Source: an uncultured delta proteobacterium (GTDB lineage Bacteria; Desulfobacterota; Binatia; Binatales; Binataceae). From it: DNA of 64,000 bases. The DNA lies in the NCBI GenBank assembly GCA_963765675.1, contig CAVXXK010000001.1, positions 1,248,001 to 1,312,000 on the forward strand, written 5' to 3'. Made by a program: the position numbers and the translations under genes. The notes below the pieces were generated by a model. That model had not been told where the DNA came from, did not search any database, and was given only the letters and a program-made list of their open reading frames with translations. Below, piece after piece: positions 29,756 through 39,966 of the stretch (positions are counted from its first letter, which is position 1; every line of letters begins with the position of its first letter).

Positions 29756-31600
29756 ATGAACGTGAATCGAGAGACGGGTCGAGGAGTGCGGTGGCGCAGT
29801 CTGATTGTCGCCACCGTGGCCACAGTCGCGACCTTATGGTCGTCGGCTGCTATGGCAACCATCACCCAGGGCGACTTTTCGGTATTCGGGTTTTTCGAGA
29901 CCCGAGAGGAAGGGCGCTGGGGTGAAGGCTCGAGCAACAACAACGGAACGCCGACCACGCTGACGCATCCGACGCCCACGACCACAATCGCTACGCCGGG
30001 CACGGCCGCGACAGAGAATGGCGGAAGCTTCGACTTCAACCACTGGGATCTGGATGAGATGCGCCAGCTGGGCGATATCCGTCCTGATTACCATTTCGTC
30101 AAGAACTACAAATTTCTTGGCCGCTTCGATACGTTGTTCCTCAAGGACGCGGATTTCTTCGCGTTCTACCGTCCATGGTACGACGCGATCGGCTCGATTA
30201 AGGACCGGGGCCGCGCGGAGCCCAATCGCGACTGGACGCCGTACTCGCAGCAAGACCTGCAGCAACAGTATTTCCGCGACGACCTTCACGAATACTATGC
30301 GCAGTTGAACTTCACGGATAACTTCTCGGCTCGTATCGGCAAGCAGGAAGTTATCTGGTCGGAAGCCGACGCGCTGTCGGGCACGGAAATCACCAACTCG
30401 ATCGACGCCACCTACCACGGGGTCTACGGCGCGGAAGCGGCGGAAGATCAGCGCAAAAACCTGCGGATGATCAAGTTCAATTACATCCTGCCCGATTTCC
30501 TTAAGACCGCGAACAATGAAATCGAAGCGTTCGTTATCCCCGGCGACTACGAAGGTAACTCGATCAACGTCAACACCACCGACTCCCGCAACCCCTGGAT
30601 AATTCCAGCCGCAACCGCCAAGGTCGGGTATAACCAGAATGGGCAGGCGTTTCGCAACCAGACCTTCATGGATCAGGGCGCCAAGCCGATGCTGTTCTCG
30701 GGCGGCCTGTTCTTTGACGAGGTGGTGCAGGATCACGGCAACACGCCGTCGAACTCGCTGCGCAACAGCGAATTCGGCGTGCGCCTGTCAAGCTTGCTGC
30801 CAATCGGCAACGGTCTTCAGGCAAGTTTCATCTATCTGTACGAGGCGCGCGATGAAGCCACTGCGGTTTGCTCGTCATGCAGCCCCGCTGATGCCGGCAA
30901 GGGTTACACCTACTCAGCGCCCGGCGTTTTCGTAAATACCGGCCACTATGCATATGGACCTCCGCGTGCCGGTGTGCCCAAAGCCGGAACGATCAAGATT
31001 CTGACCGCCGAAGATTACAAGCGTAACAACTTCTTCGGACTAACCGGCACCTACTACGACAAGGATCTGACCGATATCGTTTATCGCTACGACACGCTGT
31101 ACGCGCCGAGTGAGGGAATCGGGGTAGGCTCTGGCACTCCCGGTGTGGGGGGACCTCTAAGCGGAGTGGCGACGACGGAGAACGCCCGTTTCATTGTCGC
31201 GGGCGACCGTCCGACGTACATACCGTGGCTGTCGAAGCAGCACACGTTCCTGACCTTCCAGTATGTCAACACGTGGTATCCGGACCGTCCGAAATATCCG
31301 GTCCCGAGCATCGCGAACGCTTTCGGCAAGGTGCGCGAGGACAGCAACTTCTTCTTCCTCGCGGCGACCAACTGGCTGATGAATGGGCAGCTCACTGCGA
31401 CCAACGTCTTCCAGTGGGATATCGACGACAACTGCGGCGCGTTCACCTCGACCAACGTGTACCGCTATTCGCGCAACGTCCTGTTCGGAGTGAATACCGC
31501 GTGGTTCCAGGGCCGCTCGGGCCGCTATACAGATCCGTTTCTGTACAGTCGGCAACAGCGCGAAAATCTGCTCGAGTTCACGATGTCGTACGAAATCTAA
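29756..31600 (+). CDS. DUF1302-like outer-membrane beta-barrel
   Basis: Signal peptide AAMA|T, RPWYDA, LHEYY, RIGKQEVIWSEAD, alternating C-terminal strand LEFTMSYEI. Confidence 0.75.
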   Translation: MNVNRETGRGVRWRSLIVATVATVATLWSSAAMATITQGDFSVFGFFETREEGRWGEGSSNNNGTPTTLTHPTPTTTIATPGTAATENGGSFDFNHWDLDEMRQLGDIRPDYHFVKNYKFLGRFDTLFLKDADFFAFYRPWYDAIGSIKDRGRAEPNRDWTPYSQQDLQQQYFRDDLHEYYAQLNFTDNFSARIGKQEVIWSEADALSGTEITNSIDATYHGVYGAEAAEDQRKNLRMIKFNYILPDFLKTANNEIEAFVIPGDYEGNSINVNTTDSRNPWIIPAATAKVGYNQNGQAFRNQTFMDQGAKPMLFSGGLFFDEVVQDHGNTPSNSLRNSEFGVRLSSLLPIGNGLQASFIYLYEARDEATAVCSSCSPADAGKGYTYSAPGVFVNTGHYAYGPPRAGVPKAGTIKILTAEDYKRNNFFGLTGTYYDKDLTDIVYRYDTLYAPSEGIGVGSGTPGVGGPLSGVATTENARFIVAGDRPTYIPWLSKQHTFLTFQYVNTWYPDRPKYPVPSIANAFGKVREDSNFFFLAATNWLMNGQLTATNVFQWDIDDNCGAFTSTNVYRYSRNVLFGVNTAWFQGRSGRYTDPFLYSRQQRENLLEFTMSYEI

Positions 31601-31621
31601 TTCCTGAACGTGGACCTAAAG

Positions 31622-31658
31622 GGCGGCTGTGGCGTAAGCCACAGCCGCCTTTGTTTTT
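31622..31658 (+). terminator. Intrinsic terminator
   Basis: GGCGGCTGTGGC-GTAA-GCCACAGCCGCC followed by TTTGTTTTT. Confidence 0.9.
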
Positions 31659-31757
31659 CCAGCGATCAACTCTCACGAGCGGCTCGCACAGGCGATCGAA
31701 TTTCATGACCCAGGATGCGCGGCATGATAGCCTCTGAGGGAACTGAGCAGGCGGAGG

Positions 31758-32273
31758 ATGAGCTTGTCGGACGCATCTAATTGGTATCTGATTCGCACCA
31801 AAACCGGGAAGGAACGCTGGGTTCGCGATCAGTTGCGCCCGACGGTGGGAGAGGTGTTCCTGCCGATGCTGCGGGCAAAGGCGCCGCGCTGGGGCCGAAT
31901 GACGATGGGCGTCGGTCCGCTGTTCCCGTGTTATGTTTTCGCACGCTTCGATCTAGAGACGAGCTATTTCGAGGTCAAGTATATGGCGGGGGTTCGCGGT
32001 ATCGTTTCTGCCGGAACGGACCCGTTGGCGGTGCCGGATGCGATCGTCGCAGAGATCCGCCGCCGCGGAATTGACGATGTCGTCGAAATTGCCGAACGTC
32101 CGTTCGACAGCGGCCAGCGCGTAACAGTCGTCGACGGACCGTTTCGCGGTTTCGAGGCGGTCTTCGACCGCTATCTTTCCGGCGCCGAACGGGTCGCCAT
32201 TCTGCTGAGCGCGATCGAGTCCAACGGATTGCGCGTCGTCTTGCCGGCCTCCGCAGTCGCCAAATCAACCTGA
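31758..32273 (+). CDS. RfaH-like specialized NusG paralog
   Basis: NGN domain WYLIRTKTGKE...PLFPCYVFARF...GVRGIV; KOW domain GQRVTVVDGPFRGFEAVF...ERVAILL; heads the polysaccharide locus. Confidence 0.9.
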   Translation: MSLSDASNWYLIRTKTGKERWVRDQLRPTVGEVFLPMLRAKAPRWGRMTMGVGPLFPCYVFARFDLETSYFEVKYMAGVRGIVSAGTDPLAVPDAIVAEIRRRGIDDVVEIAERPFDSGQRVTVVDGPFRGFEAVFDRYLSGAERVAILLSAIESNGLRVVLPASAVAKST

Positions 32274-32321
32274 GCCGAGCACGCTCTGCGGCGAAATCCG
32301 CGCGTGTGCGGCGAGTATCGG

Positions 32322-32951
32322 ATGAACCAGCCTGCAGCATCGCGATCGCACGCACGAACAGCGACAGCAGCGCTGGCAATCGTCTTCCTTGCGATGGCGG
32401 CAATGCTCGGCGGATGCGCTGGTTCGAACTCGCCTTACGATATGTCGACCTGGCTCGACCTGGGTAAGCCAAACCTGACTTCATTTCTAGGGGTGGAATT
32501 CGGATCGTCGCTCGACCGCGTGCGCGAGGAACTTCCCGACGGTGACTTCGAGACCAGCCCCTACGGCGCCAACGCGTGGAGGGTCGGGAGCGTCGAATCC
32601 GGAGGGGTGCGCTACAGCTCCGTGGTCTTCGAGTTCACTGACAATACCGGGATGCAGATGGCGATCGCTGAGTTTGCTCCCGGAGACGGCCCCGCGGTGC
32701 TCTCCCAGCTAAAACGTGCTCTCGGCGAGCCTGCGGCCCTGCGCTCAGGCACGCCCGGCTCGAGCGCTCAGGTGGCCGCGCCGGGGGCTCATCTTGGCGC
32801 CGATGACATGATCGCGAATTGGGACCTGCCGCACAACGAGAAGGTGACGTTCAACGGCCCGAGTCAGCAGGTCGAGATGCTGGGGCCGGCCGGATCACCG
32901 TTGCGGCATGATTTGGTTATGCGGCGGGAAGAGAACCAGGGAACCGAATGA
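32322..32951 (+). CDS. Hypothetical lipoprotein
   Basis: Lipobox LGGC after a hydrophobic stretch. Confidence 0.7.
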   Translation: MNQPAASRSHARTATAALAIVFLAMAAMLGGCAGSNSPYDMSTWLDLGKPNLTSFLGVEFGSSLDRVREELPDGDFETSPYGANAWRVGSVESGGVRYSSVVFEFTDNTGMQMAIAEFAPGDGPAVLSQLKRALGEPAALRSGTPGSSAQVAAPGAHLGADDMIANWDLPHNEKVTFNGPSQQVEMLGPAGSPLRHDLVMRREENQGTE

Positions 32952-33342
32952 ACCTCGAGCGCCGTCGCATTCGTCGGGTACAGAAAGCCCCCGCCTTGAA
33001 CCTGCGTAAGATAGCGTATTAAATCCAGCCGTACAGACTAGGAAAAGCAGGATTCCTCGGGCAGCATAGGCTTGCTCAGCGGTCGATGACCGAGGAGACT
33101 TGAGCGCCAGAATTCCGCATGCTCGGACACAATGCTGCTTGTCGTAACCATTTAAGAAATGAATGGGATGGCGGACGCTTGCTGACTTCACAAGTTCGGC
33201 CTGAGAATCGCGATGGTGACGATCTTGTTCTTAAATTGTCTACTTTTCTTCCTTTCTGTGGATTTTCCGCTATGATAGCCCACGCTGGTTCTCGGACGCG
33301 CGTGTAGGTCGGCGGGGGTTGCGCTTCTCGCGTGAGATCTCA

Positions 33343-36306
33343 ATGATGCGGTCGGTCCGCAAATATAATCCTTTACAATCTCGTTCAGCGATTGTTTCCA
33401 TTTTTGCAGCTGCGATGCTGCTCTTTTGGACCCCGCGCATCCTTCGCGCCGCTGGACTTGACGGTGGCTCCACTCTGTCCGGTTCATCTCGGGACGAAAA
33501 CGGATCACCTTCCGCATACGGACAAACCTCTCCCGACAACAGCAGTGGTGGCTCAGGCTATACTCAATGTTTCAAGCTCGACGATCCGAACGCCGATGCC
33601 AAGGCGGCGGCTGGAATGTCGCCGTGCGCGCCCGCGCCAGGCTCCAGCGCGGAAACGCTGGATTCCGGGTCCGCGCCGTCCGCGAGCGCGTCGCAGGGAG
33701 GTAACGCGCCGCCCGGAGGATTGCCGGGATTTGGCAACTCTGTAAACAAACAGTCAGTCGGCGAGATGATGCAGAAGCTCGGCATCTCATCCGACGAAGT
33801 TGGAGAGCTACGGAGCCGGATGTCGAGCGGCGGACTCAGCCCAGACGATATCCAGGAACTCTGTCTTCATTTTGCTTCCAAGCAACTCGGTCCCGCCGAC
33901 GTTCAAGGAATCCTGACCGGCATGGGTCTCGACTTCACCCAGGCGCAGATCGAACAGCTCAAGAGTTGCACCCAACTTGCACTGCCCCAGTCGAGTCCAT
34001 CGACCACCGGCGCATCGGCGGGCCAGACCCCGTTGGAAGTATCCTCGATTGAGCGAACCTTTCGCGGCCTGGATTCCGGCGCGACTCCGCAGGCTCCAAG
34101 CACGAACGACTTGACCCAGTTCGGTTACTCGCTGTTCTCGGCGCAGATGGCGAGCGCCAGCAGCTCTGATATCCCGCTCGGCAACAACTACATGATTGGT
34201 CCCGGTGACGAGATTCGGGTGCTTATCTGGGGCCGGATCAATAATACGCTGACCCTTACCGTGGGCCGCGATGGATCGATCGTGATTCCGCAGATCGGTC
34301 CGCTTCAGGTCGCCGGCCTGAGCTTCGACCAGGCCAAAAAACTTATCGAGGATCGTGCCGGCCAGATAACCGGCGTGAAGGTTGATGTAACGATGGGGCG
34401 GCTGCGCTCGATCCAGGTATTCGTGGTTGGCGAAGTCGCCAAGCCCGGCGCCTACTCGGTCAGCGCGCTGTCGCATGTGTCCAACGCGCTCGAAGCGGCG
34501 GGAGGAATCACCAAGATCGGCAGCTTGCGCAGAATCGAGTTGCGCCACGGCAATCAGGCCTCGAGCGTTATAGATCTCTACGGACTCCTGCTGGACGGGC
34601 GTATCCCAGGGGACGATCAGTTGCAGCCTGGTGATGTGGTTTTCGTGCCCGTGATCGGTCCGGTCGCGGGCGTCGCCGGCGACGTCAAGCGTCCTGCTAT
34701 CTACGAGCTCGCCGGGCAGTCCGAATCGATCTCGAATCTGATCAAACTGGCGGGTGGAATCAGCGCCTTCGGATACTCGCAGCGGGTGCAGCTCGAACGG
34801 GTCGAGAATCACACGCAGCGAATCGCGCTCGATGTCGACCTGGGCGAAATCCGCTCCGCGCGTTTCGTGGTCCACGACGGCGATCTGATTAAGGTCTATC
34901 CGGTGCTGCCCGCCGAGCATGACATCGTCGTGATCCGCGGCAACGTCAATCGTCCCGGCAAGTACCAGTGGCATCCGGGGATGAGGGTGTCCGATTTGAT
35001 CGCTTCGGCAGAGGGCGTCGCGCCGCACACTTTTTTCAAGTACGCGTTGGTTCGGCGCAAGGAAGGCAAGGCTCGCACCGTGCGCCTGGTCGCGGTGGAT
35101 CTCGGCGACGCGCTTTCCGATCAGGCCTCCAGTGCCGGCGATATCGCGCTTCAGCAGGAAGACGACCTGACTGTCTACAGCGAATCGCAGATGAAATATC
35201 TGCCGACCGTCGAGGTGATGGGTGAAGTTCGTAACCCCGGCTATTACGTGCTGAGCCAGGGGATGCACGTAAGCGACCTGCTCTACCTGGCCGGCGGACT
35301 CAAGGACGATGCGTATCAAAAGCAGGCTGAGCTTGCGCGCACCCAGGTCGTCAACGGCTCTCACACCAGCCATACATTTATCGACGTTGATTTGCGCTCG
35401 GCGCTCAGCGGGGTTGACGAACATAACCCCGTGCTCGAGGCGAACGATCAGCTCTTCGTGCGCAAAGCCACCGATTGGCATCTGCCCTGGGTGGTTTACG
35501 TGCGCGGCCGAGTCGCGCGCCCGGGTCCGTACACGGTTCACGAGGGCGAACGAATCGCCTCGGTGCTCGAGCGGGCCGGCGGCCTGATGCCGGACGCGTA
35601 TCTGCCCGCGGCGATTCTGATACGCCAGTCAGTGAAAGAGCTGCAGCAGGAGCGCCTGGATCAGGCGCGCAACCGTCTGCGCGAGGCGATTGCACGCGCG
35701 CAAATTACTCCGACCATCGCTTCCGCTGCCTCGCCCACGACTCCCGGTCAGACCAATGAAAACGCGCAGGGCCTGACGATGCTCCAGCAGGTGCTGCAAC
35801 AATCCGAGGGGCAACAGGCGCAGGGCAGGCTTGTGATTCATCTCAAGCCGCTCGATGAGCTCGCCAACTCGCCCGACAATATCGCGATGATTGATCAGGA
35901 TGTCCTTACGATTCCGCGCCGTCCTTCCGATGTGAATGTCCTGGGCGAGGTTTACAGCCCCAACGCGGTGGTCTGGAGTCCGGGGCTCTCGGTGCGCGAT
36001 TGCCTGAACATGGCGGGTGGTCCAACCGAAGGCGCGGACGCGGACCATACGATGGTCATCAAGGCGGACGGATCAGTCTGGACCGACGAGGGTATCAAGC
36101 AGAGCAAGCGCTCGACGATGTTTCCGCTGTTGCCAGTCATCTCAGGCGGGCTGATGAATTCCAAGGTTTCGCCCGGCGATACGATCTATGTGCCGGAGCA
36201 GCTCATTTACACGAGCAAGCTCCAGTATGCGTCGACAATTACGAGCATCATCGCGCAGTCGTTGAGCGGACTGGCGATTGTGGGAATTCTGGCGGCGTCA
36301 CTTTAG
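33343..36306 (+). CDS. Large OPX polysaccharide export protein with six SLBB domains (WbfF/KpsD-like)
   Basis: FGYSLF...YMIGPGDEIRVLIWG...GSIVIPQIGPLQVAGL (Poly_export), six GxVxxP SLBB starts, C-terminal amphipathic helix. Confidence 0.9.
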   Translation: MMRSVRKYNPLQSRSAIVSIFAAAMLLFWTPRILRAAGLDGGSTLSGSSRDENGSPSAYGQTSPDNSSGGSGYTQCFKLDDPNADAKAAAGMSPCAPAPGSSAETLDSGSAPSASASQGGNAPPGGLPGFGNSVNKQSVGEMMQKLGISSDEVGELRSRMSSGGLSPDDIQELCLHFASKQLGPADVQGILTGMGLDFTQAQIEQLKSCTQLALPQSSPSTTGASAGQTPLEVSSIERTFRGLDSGATPQAPSTNDLTQFGYSLFSAQMASASSSDIPLGNNYMIGPGDEIRVLIWGRINNTLTLTVGRDGSIVIPQIGPLQVAGLSFDQAKKLIEDRAGQITGVKVDVTMGRLRSIQVFVVGEVAKPGAYSVSALSHVSNALEAAGGITKIGSLRRIELRHGNQASSVIDLYGLLLDGRIPGDDQLQPGDVVFVPVIGPVAGVAGDVKRPAIYELAGQSESISNLIKLAGGISAFGYSQRVQLERVENHTQRIALDVDLGEIRSARFVVHDGDLIKVYPVLPAEHDIVVIRGNVNRPGKYQWHPGMRVSDLIASAEGVAPHTFFKYALVRRKEGKARTVRLVAVDLGDALSDQASSAGDIALQQEDDLTVYSESQMKYLPTVEVMGEVRNPGYYVLSQGMHVSDLLYLAGGLKDDAYQKQAELARTQVVNGSHTSHTFIDVDLRSALSGVDEHNPVLEANDQLFVRKATDWHLPWVVYVRGRVARPGPYTVHEGERIASVLERAGGLMPDAYLPAAILIRQSVKELQQERLDQARNRLREAIARAQITPTIASAASPTTPGQTNENAQGLTMLQQVLQQSEGQQAQGRLVIHLKPLDELANSPDNIAMIDQDVLTIPRRPSDVNVLGEVYSPNAVVWSPGLSVRDCLNMAGGPTEGADADHTMVIKADGSVWTDEGIKQSKRSTMFPLLPVISGGLMNSKVSPGDTIYVPEQLIYTSKLQYASTITSIIAQSLSGLAIVGILAASL

Positions 36307-36377
36307 CGTAGTCGCTCGCGTGCGGGGGCGGGGCGCCCCGTGCGAAAAGTTCACCGAGCGATCCGGGGGAAGAGAGC

Positions 36378-37160
36378 GTGCGGAACTGGGGTGGGAGTGT
36401 GCTGGTAGCGGCGGCGGTTATTTTCACAACCGTGGCGCCGGTGCGCGCGCGCTCGGCAGCCGCTCGCGCCAAGTCGGACGTCGAACCAAGGATTTCCCGC
36501 CAGGATTCCGAGCGTCTGATTCGCGCGGTGGCGCGAATGTACGATCTCGATCCGAGCCTGCTGGCTGCGATTGCGCGCGTGGAATCGGGCGGCAATCCGG
36601 AGGCGATCTCGCCCAAGGGCGCCGAAGGCATGATGCAGTTGATGCCGGCGACCGCGATCCGGTTCGGTGTGCTCGACCCCTTCGATCCAGTCGGCAACGT
36701 GCTCGGCGCTGCGCGCTTCCTGGCCTTCCTTCGCGCCTATCATCCACGCAGCGACGGTGCCGCACCGAGCGTGATGACGCTGGCCGAGATGCTGGCGGCG
36801 TACAACGCCGGCGAAGGCGCGGTCGACAAGTACCGGGGTATTCCACCCTATGCTGAGACCCAGCAGTACGTCCGCCGCGTGTTGATCGCATATCTGCTTG
36901 GCGATGATCGCGGACCGCTGGCCGAGAAGCTGCGCGCCAGCACCGCCGCGCCGCGCGCCGACCCGTCCACTGCAAATCCCGCGCATCGCCCACCTGCGGC
37001 GCACTCGGAGTCTTTCGCGCAGGAGCCGCCGGACGCGCTCGCCAAGCTCGGTGAGATTCGAGCGGAACGCAGCGCCCAGATCGATCGTGAGAGCCATCCA
37101 ATCGGCGCAAGCCAGGGAATTGCGGGGTCCGCAGCCCTACAGGATGGCGGCGCGAAATGA
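36378..37160 (+). CDS. SLT-family lytic transglycosylase
   Basis: Signal peptide; VESGGNP, GAEGMMQLMPATA, LAAYNAGEG, IPPYAETQQYV. Confidence 0.92.
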   Translation: MRNWGGSVLVAAAVIFTTVAPVRARSAAARAKSDVEPRISRQDSERLIRAVARMYDLDPSLLAAIARVESGGNPEAISPKGAEGMMQLMPATAIRFGVLDPFDPVGNVLGAARFLAFLRAYHPRSDGAAPSVMTLAEMLAAYNAGEGAVDKYRGIPPYAETQQYVRRVLIAYLLGDDRGPLAEKLRASTAAPRADPSTANPAHRPPAAHSESFAQEPPDALAKLGEIRAERSAQIDRESHPIGASQGIAGSAALQDGGAK

Positions 37161-38818
37161 ATCGCCGAGGTATCATTCGCGCCGCACTGGCGATGGCCGT
37201 GCTCGTTGCCGTCGCTGTCACGATGCGTCCGTCACCTGCGCGAGCTTCCACCTACGCGGTTTACATCCCGCTCGACAGCTCGATCTATCGCGCGCTCGAT
37301 ACGCTCAACGGCCTGGGCCTGCTCGATAGCTACATCTCCTACATCAAGCCGATCTCGCGCGTGGAGGCGGCGCGGCTGACGCTCGAGGCGGAATCCAATC
37401 TCGACGAGCGCGCGGCCAACCCGCTGGCGCATCAACTTGTCCACGTGTTGCGGGCGGAGCTGCGCGAAGAAGTTGACTGGCTCGAGAAGGACAAGGAAGA
37501 CAATCTGCCTACGATGGTGCATCCGGTCGAGCGCCTCGAAGCACAGTACGTTTACTCGGGCGGCCAGCGGCGCTCATTCACCAGCACTACCGGGTCAGGC
37601 ATCAATTACACTGAAGGCACTCCGCTGCTCTCCGACAACGACAATCTCGATACGGCGTCGGGCAGCAACGAGGTTGCCAGATGGTCCGGATGGACCGGCC
37701 TGGGTGGCTTTATCACGGGTTACGGCGAAGGCGCGATCGCGGGTCCCCTGTCGAAGAGTACGAACGGCGTCGGCCGCGCGCAGTTGCTGACCGGCGCCGC
37801 GGTGGTATCAATCGGCAACACCGCGATCTCATTTGGGCAGGAGGAGATGAGTTGGGGGATTGGATGGTCCAGCCAGCTTGCGCAAAGTGCCAACGCCAAA
37901 CCGTTCCCCGCATTGCGCATGCAGAATATCCATCCGAGCCATCTGCCCTGGATTTTCCGTTATCTCGGTCTCATGCGCTATCAGGTGGTGTTCGGCCAGC
38001 TCGACGCAGATCGAATCTACTCACGTCCGTGGCTGAGCGAGCAGGCGATAAGTTTCAAGCCGCTGCCGTGGTTCGAGTGGGGCATCAATCACGCAATCAT
38101 GTTCGGCGGCGCCGGCAACAGCAACTACGGTCTGGGCGGATTTCTCGGCTGCGCGACTGGAATCGCGACCGGCAGCTCCAGCACCGCGAACACCAACTCA
38201 CGTTTTGGCCTCTACACCAAGTTTTACATCCCGCAGCTGCGTAACTCGCAAATTTACGCCGAGATGCTGAACGAAGACTTCTACTCACCGCTCGGCCATA
38301 ACAGCTTTTTCAAGCTGCCGTTCAAGGCACCGTCGTATACCTTCGGCGCATATTTCCCGCAGGTCACCGCCGACGGCCTGACCGACGCGGGCGCCGAATA
38401 CACGCTCCTCGACAACGACTACTCGACCCATAGCGACAGCCTTTACTGGACCTATCAGAATGCATTGATGGGTGATCCGCTCGGGCCCGGCGCATGGCAC
38501 GTCAACGCCAAGGTCGGGCGATGGTTCGATTACGAAAACAAGCTTACCGGGGAATTCTTCTTTGAGCGCCGCTCCGACACGTCATTCGTTCCGGTCACGA
38601 TGGGAACCTACAACGAGAGTGGTTTCGGCGGTGCGCTCGACATCTTCCACATGCCCTTCGAGATCAGGCCGCTTGGCGATTCGCTGGGCGAGATGCAGGC
38701 GCGCACCGCAGTCGAGTATGTCGAGGGCATCAACTACTCGAATCATAGCTCCGTGCGCACGATGCTTCAGTTGACTTTCGGTCTCACGCCCGCAATGTCG
38801 AGCCTCGAATGGAAGTAG
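37157..38818 (+). CDS. wzi: Wzi-family capsule assembly outer-membrane protein
   Basis: YIPLDS.IYRALDTL...KPISRVEAARL N-terminus, GQEEMSWG...QSANAKPFP, FKPLPWFEWGIN..MFGG, YQNALMGDPLG. Confidence 0.8.
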   Translation: MNRRGIIRAALAMAVLVAVAVTMRPSPARASTYAVYIPLDSSIYRALDTLNGLGLLDSYISYIKPISRVEAARLTLEAESNLDERAANPLAHQLVHVLRAELREEVDWLEKDKEDNLPTMVHPVERLEAQYVYSGGQRRSFTSTTGSGINYTEGTPLLSDNDNLDTASGSNEVARWSGWTGLGGFITGYGEGAIAGPLSKSTNGVGRAQLLTGAAVVSIGNTAISFGQEEMSWGIGWSSQLAQSANAKPFPALRMQNIHPSHLPWIFRYLGLMRYQVVFGQLDADRIYSRPWLSEQAISFKPLPWFEWGINHAIMFGGAGNSNYGLGGFLGCATGIATGSSSTANTNSRFGLYTKFYIPQLRNSQIYAEMLNEDFYSPLGHNSFFKLPFKAPSYTFGAYFPQVTADGLTDAGAEYTLLDNDYSTHSDSLYWTYQNALMGDPLGPGAWHVNAKVGRWFDYENKLTGEFFFERRSDTSFVPVTMGTYNESGFGGALDIFHMPFEIRPLGDSLGEMQARTAVEYVEGINYSNHSSVRTMLQLTFGLTPAMSSLEWK

Positions 38819-38843
38819 GCGGGCGCACGAAACGGTTTGCGAA

Positions 38844-39902
38844 ATGACGCCCGGGCTTGAAAATGGCTATGGCGGCGGTGCGTCCGCCGCGCCTCCCGGA
38901 CGCAACGGCGCAGCCGCGCCGACGCAGCTTTCGGAGGGACAGTTCGCGATCCTCGAAGTTGTGCGGATTGCGCGGCTGCTGCTGCGCCGGGCGGTCCTGA
39001 TCGTCGCGGTCACCCTTGCAGTCGGCGGCTACGTCGGGATCCGCGACAAATTTTTTTCGGTCAGATGGTACCGCGCACAGGCGCTCATCACTCCGGTATC
39101 GCCCGACGCGACCCTGGCCAGCTCGGTCGGTGAAGGAACCTCGACCGGCGTGGGCGGGATGAGCGGGCTTGCGGAGATGTTCAGTCTCGGCGGTGAGAGC
39201 GACAACGTCACCATCTCCGAACGCTACATCGCGATCATGAACAGCTATGCGTTCACGATCGATCTCATTAACCGTTATCATCTCGATCGCAAGATCCTGA
39301 CAACCCACACCGGTCACGTTCCGCACCTGTCGCCGTGGAAGATGCACGAAGAAATAGTTGGATGTTTCCAGACCGACTATGACTACCGCAGCGGCAACCT
39401 GACGCTGTATTTTATGGACCCCAGCCCGGCCGAGGCGAAGTCGATTCTTGAAGACTATTTGTCCCTGCTCCGCGACAAAGTCCGCACCGAGGAAGTGCAG
39501 GCCGCGTCGTCCGCGGTCGCGTCGCTGCAGGACGAGATTCGCGATACCTCGGACGCGCTGTTGCAAAATCAGCTCTACGAGCTGGTAGCGCGGCAAATCC
39601 AGCGCGAGAAAATCGCGCAGGTGCAGGCCGACTTTGCGTTCAAGGTGATCGAGCCCCCGGTCGTGCCCGACAACTATTACGCTCCACAGGCGCGGCGCAA
39701 CGCGACCATCGCCGCCGTGATCACGTTCCTGCTGATGTGCGTCGGTACTCTGGCGTGGGATTTCGTCGTCCGCGCCCGCGCGCAATTCGCCGCACTCGAG
39801 CGCGCTAAGTATCCGCCGCAGCCTCCCGCATCGGTTCAGGTGCCGTCCCGTCTTCCGCTCGATCCGCTTAATCCGGAGCCGCCGCCTCGGGAAGCCCACT
39901 GA
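38844..39902 (+). CDS. wzz: Wzz-like polysaccharide co-polymerase (no kinase domain)
   Basis: TM - YRAQALITP - periplasmic coiled coil - FAFKVIEPPVVP...PQAR - TM. Confidence 0.8.
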   Translation: MTPGLENGYGGGASAAPPGRNGAAAPTQLSEGQFAILEVVRIARLLLRRAVLIVAVTLAVGGYVGIRDKFFSVRWYRAQALITPVSPDATLASSVGEGTSTGVGGMSGLAEMFSLGGESDNVTISERYIAIMNSYAFTIDLINRYHLDRKILTTHTGHVPHLSPWKMHEEIVGCFQTDYDYRSGNLTLYFMDPSPAEAKSILEDYLSLLRDKVRTEEVQAASSAVASLQDEIRDTSDALLQNQLYELVARQIQREKIAQVQADFAFKVIEPPVVPDNYYAPQARRNATIAAVITFLLMCVGTLAWDFVVRARAQFAALERAKYPPQPPASVQVPSRLPLDPLNPEPPPREAH

Positions 39903-39966
39903 CTTTACACTGTGTGACGCTGAAGTGACTGGCGCGTGTAATCTTCGCGCGCCACGGATTTGAAAC

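Noticed and set aside
33169-33183. TGGCGGACGCTTGCT as a sigma54 promoter
   Set aside because: GG-to-GC spacing is 9 nt rather than the required 10.
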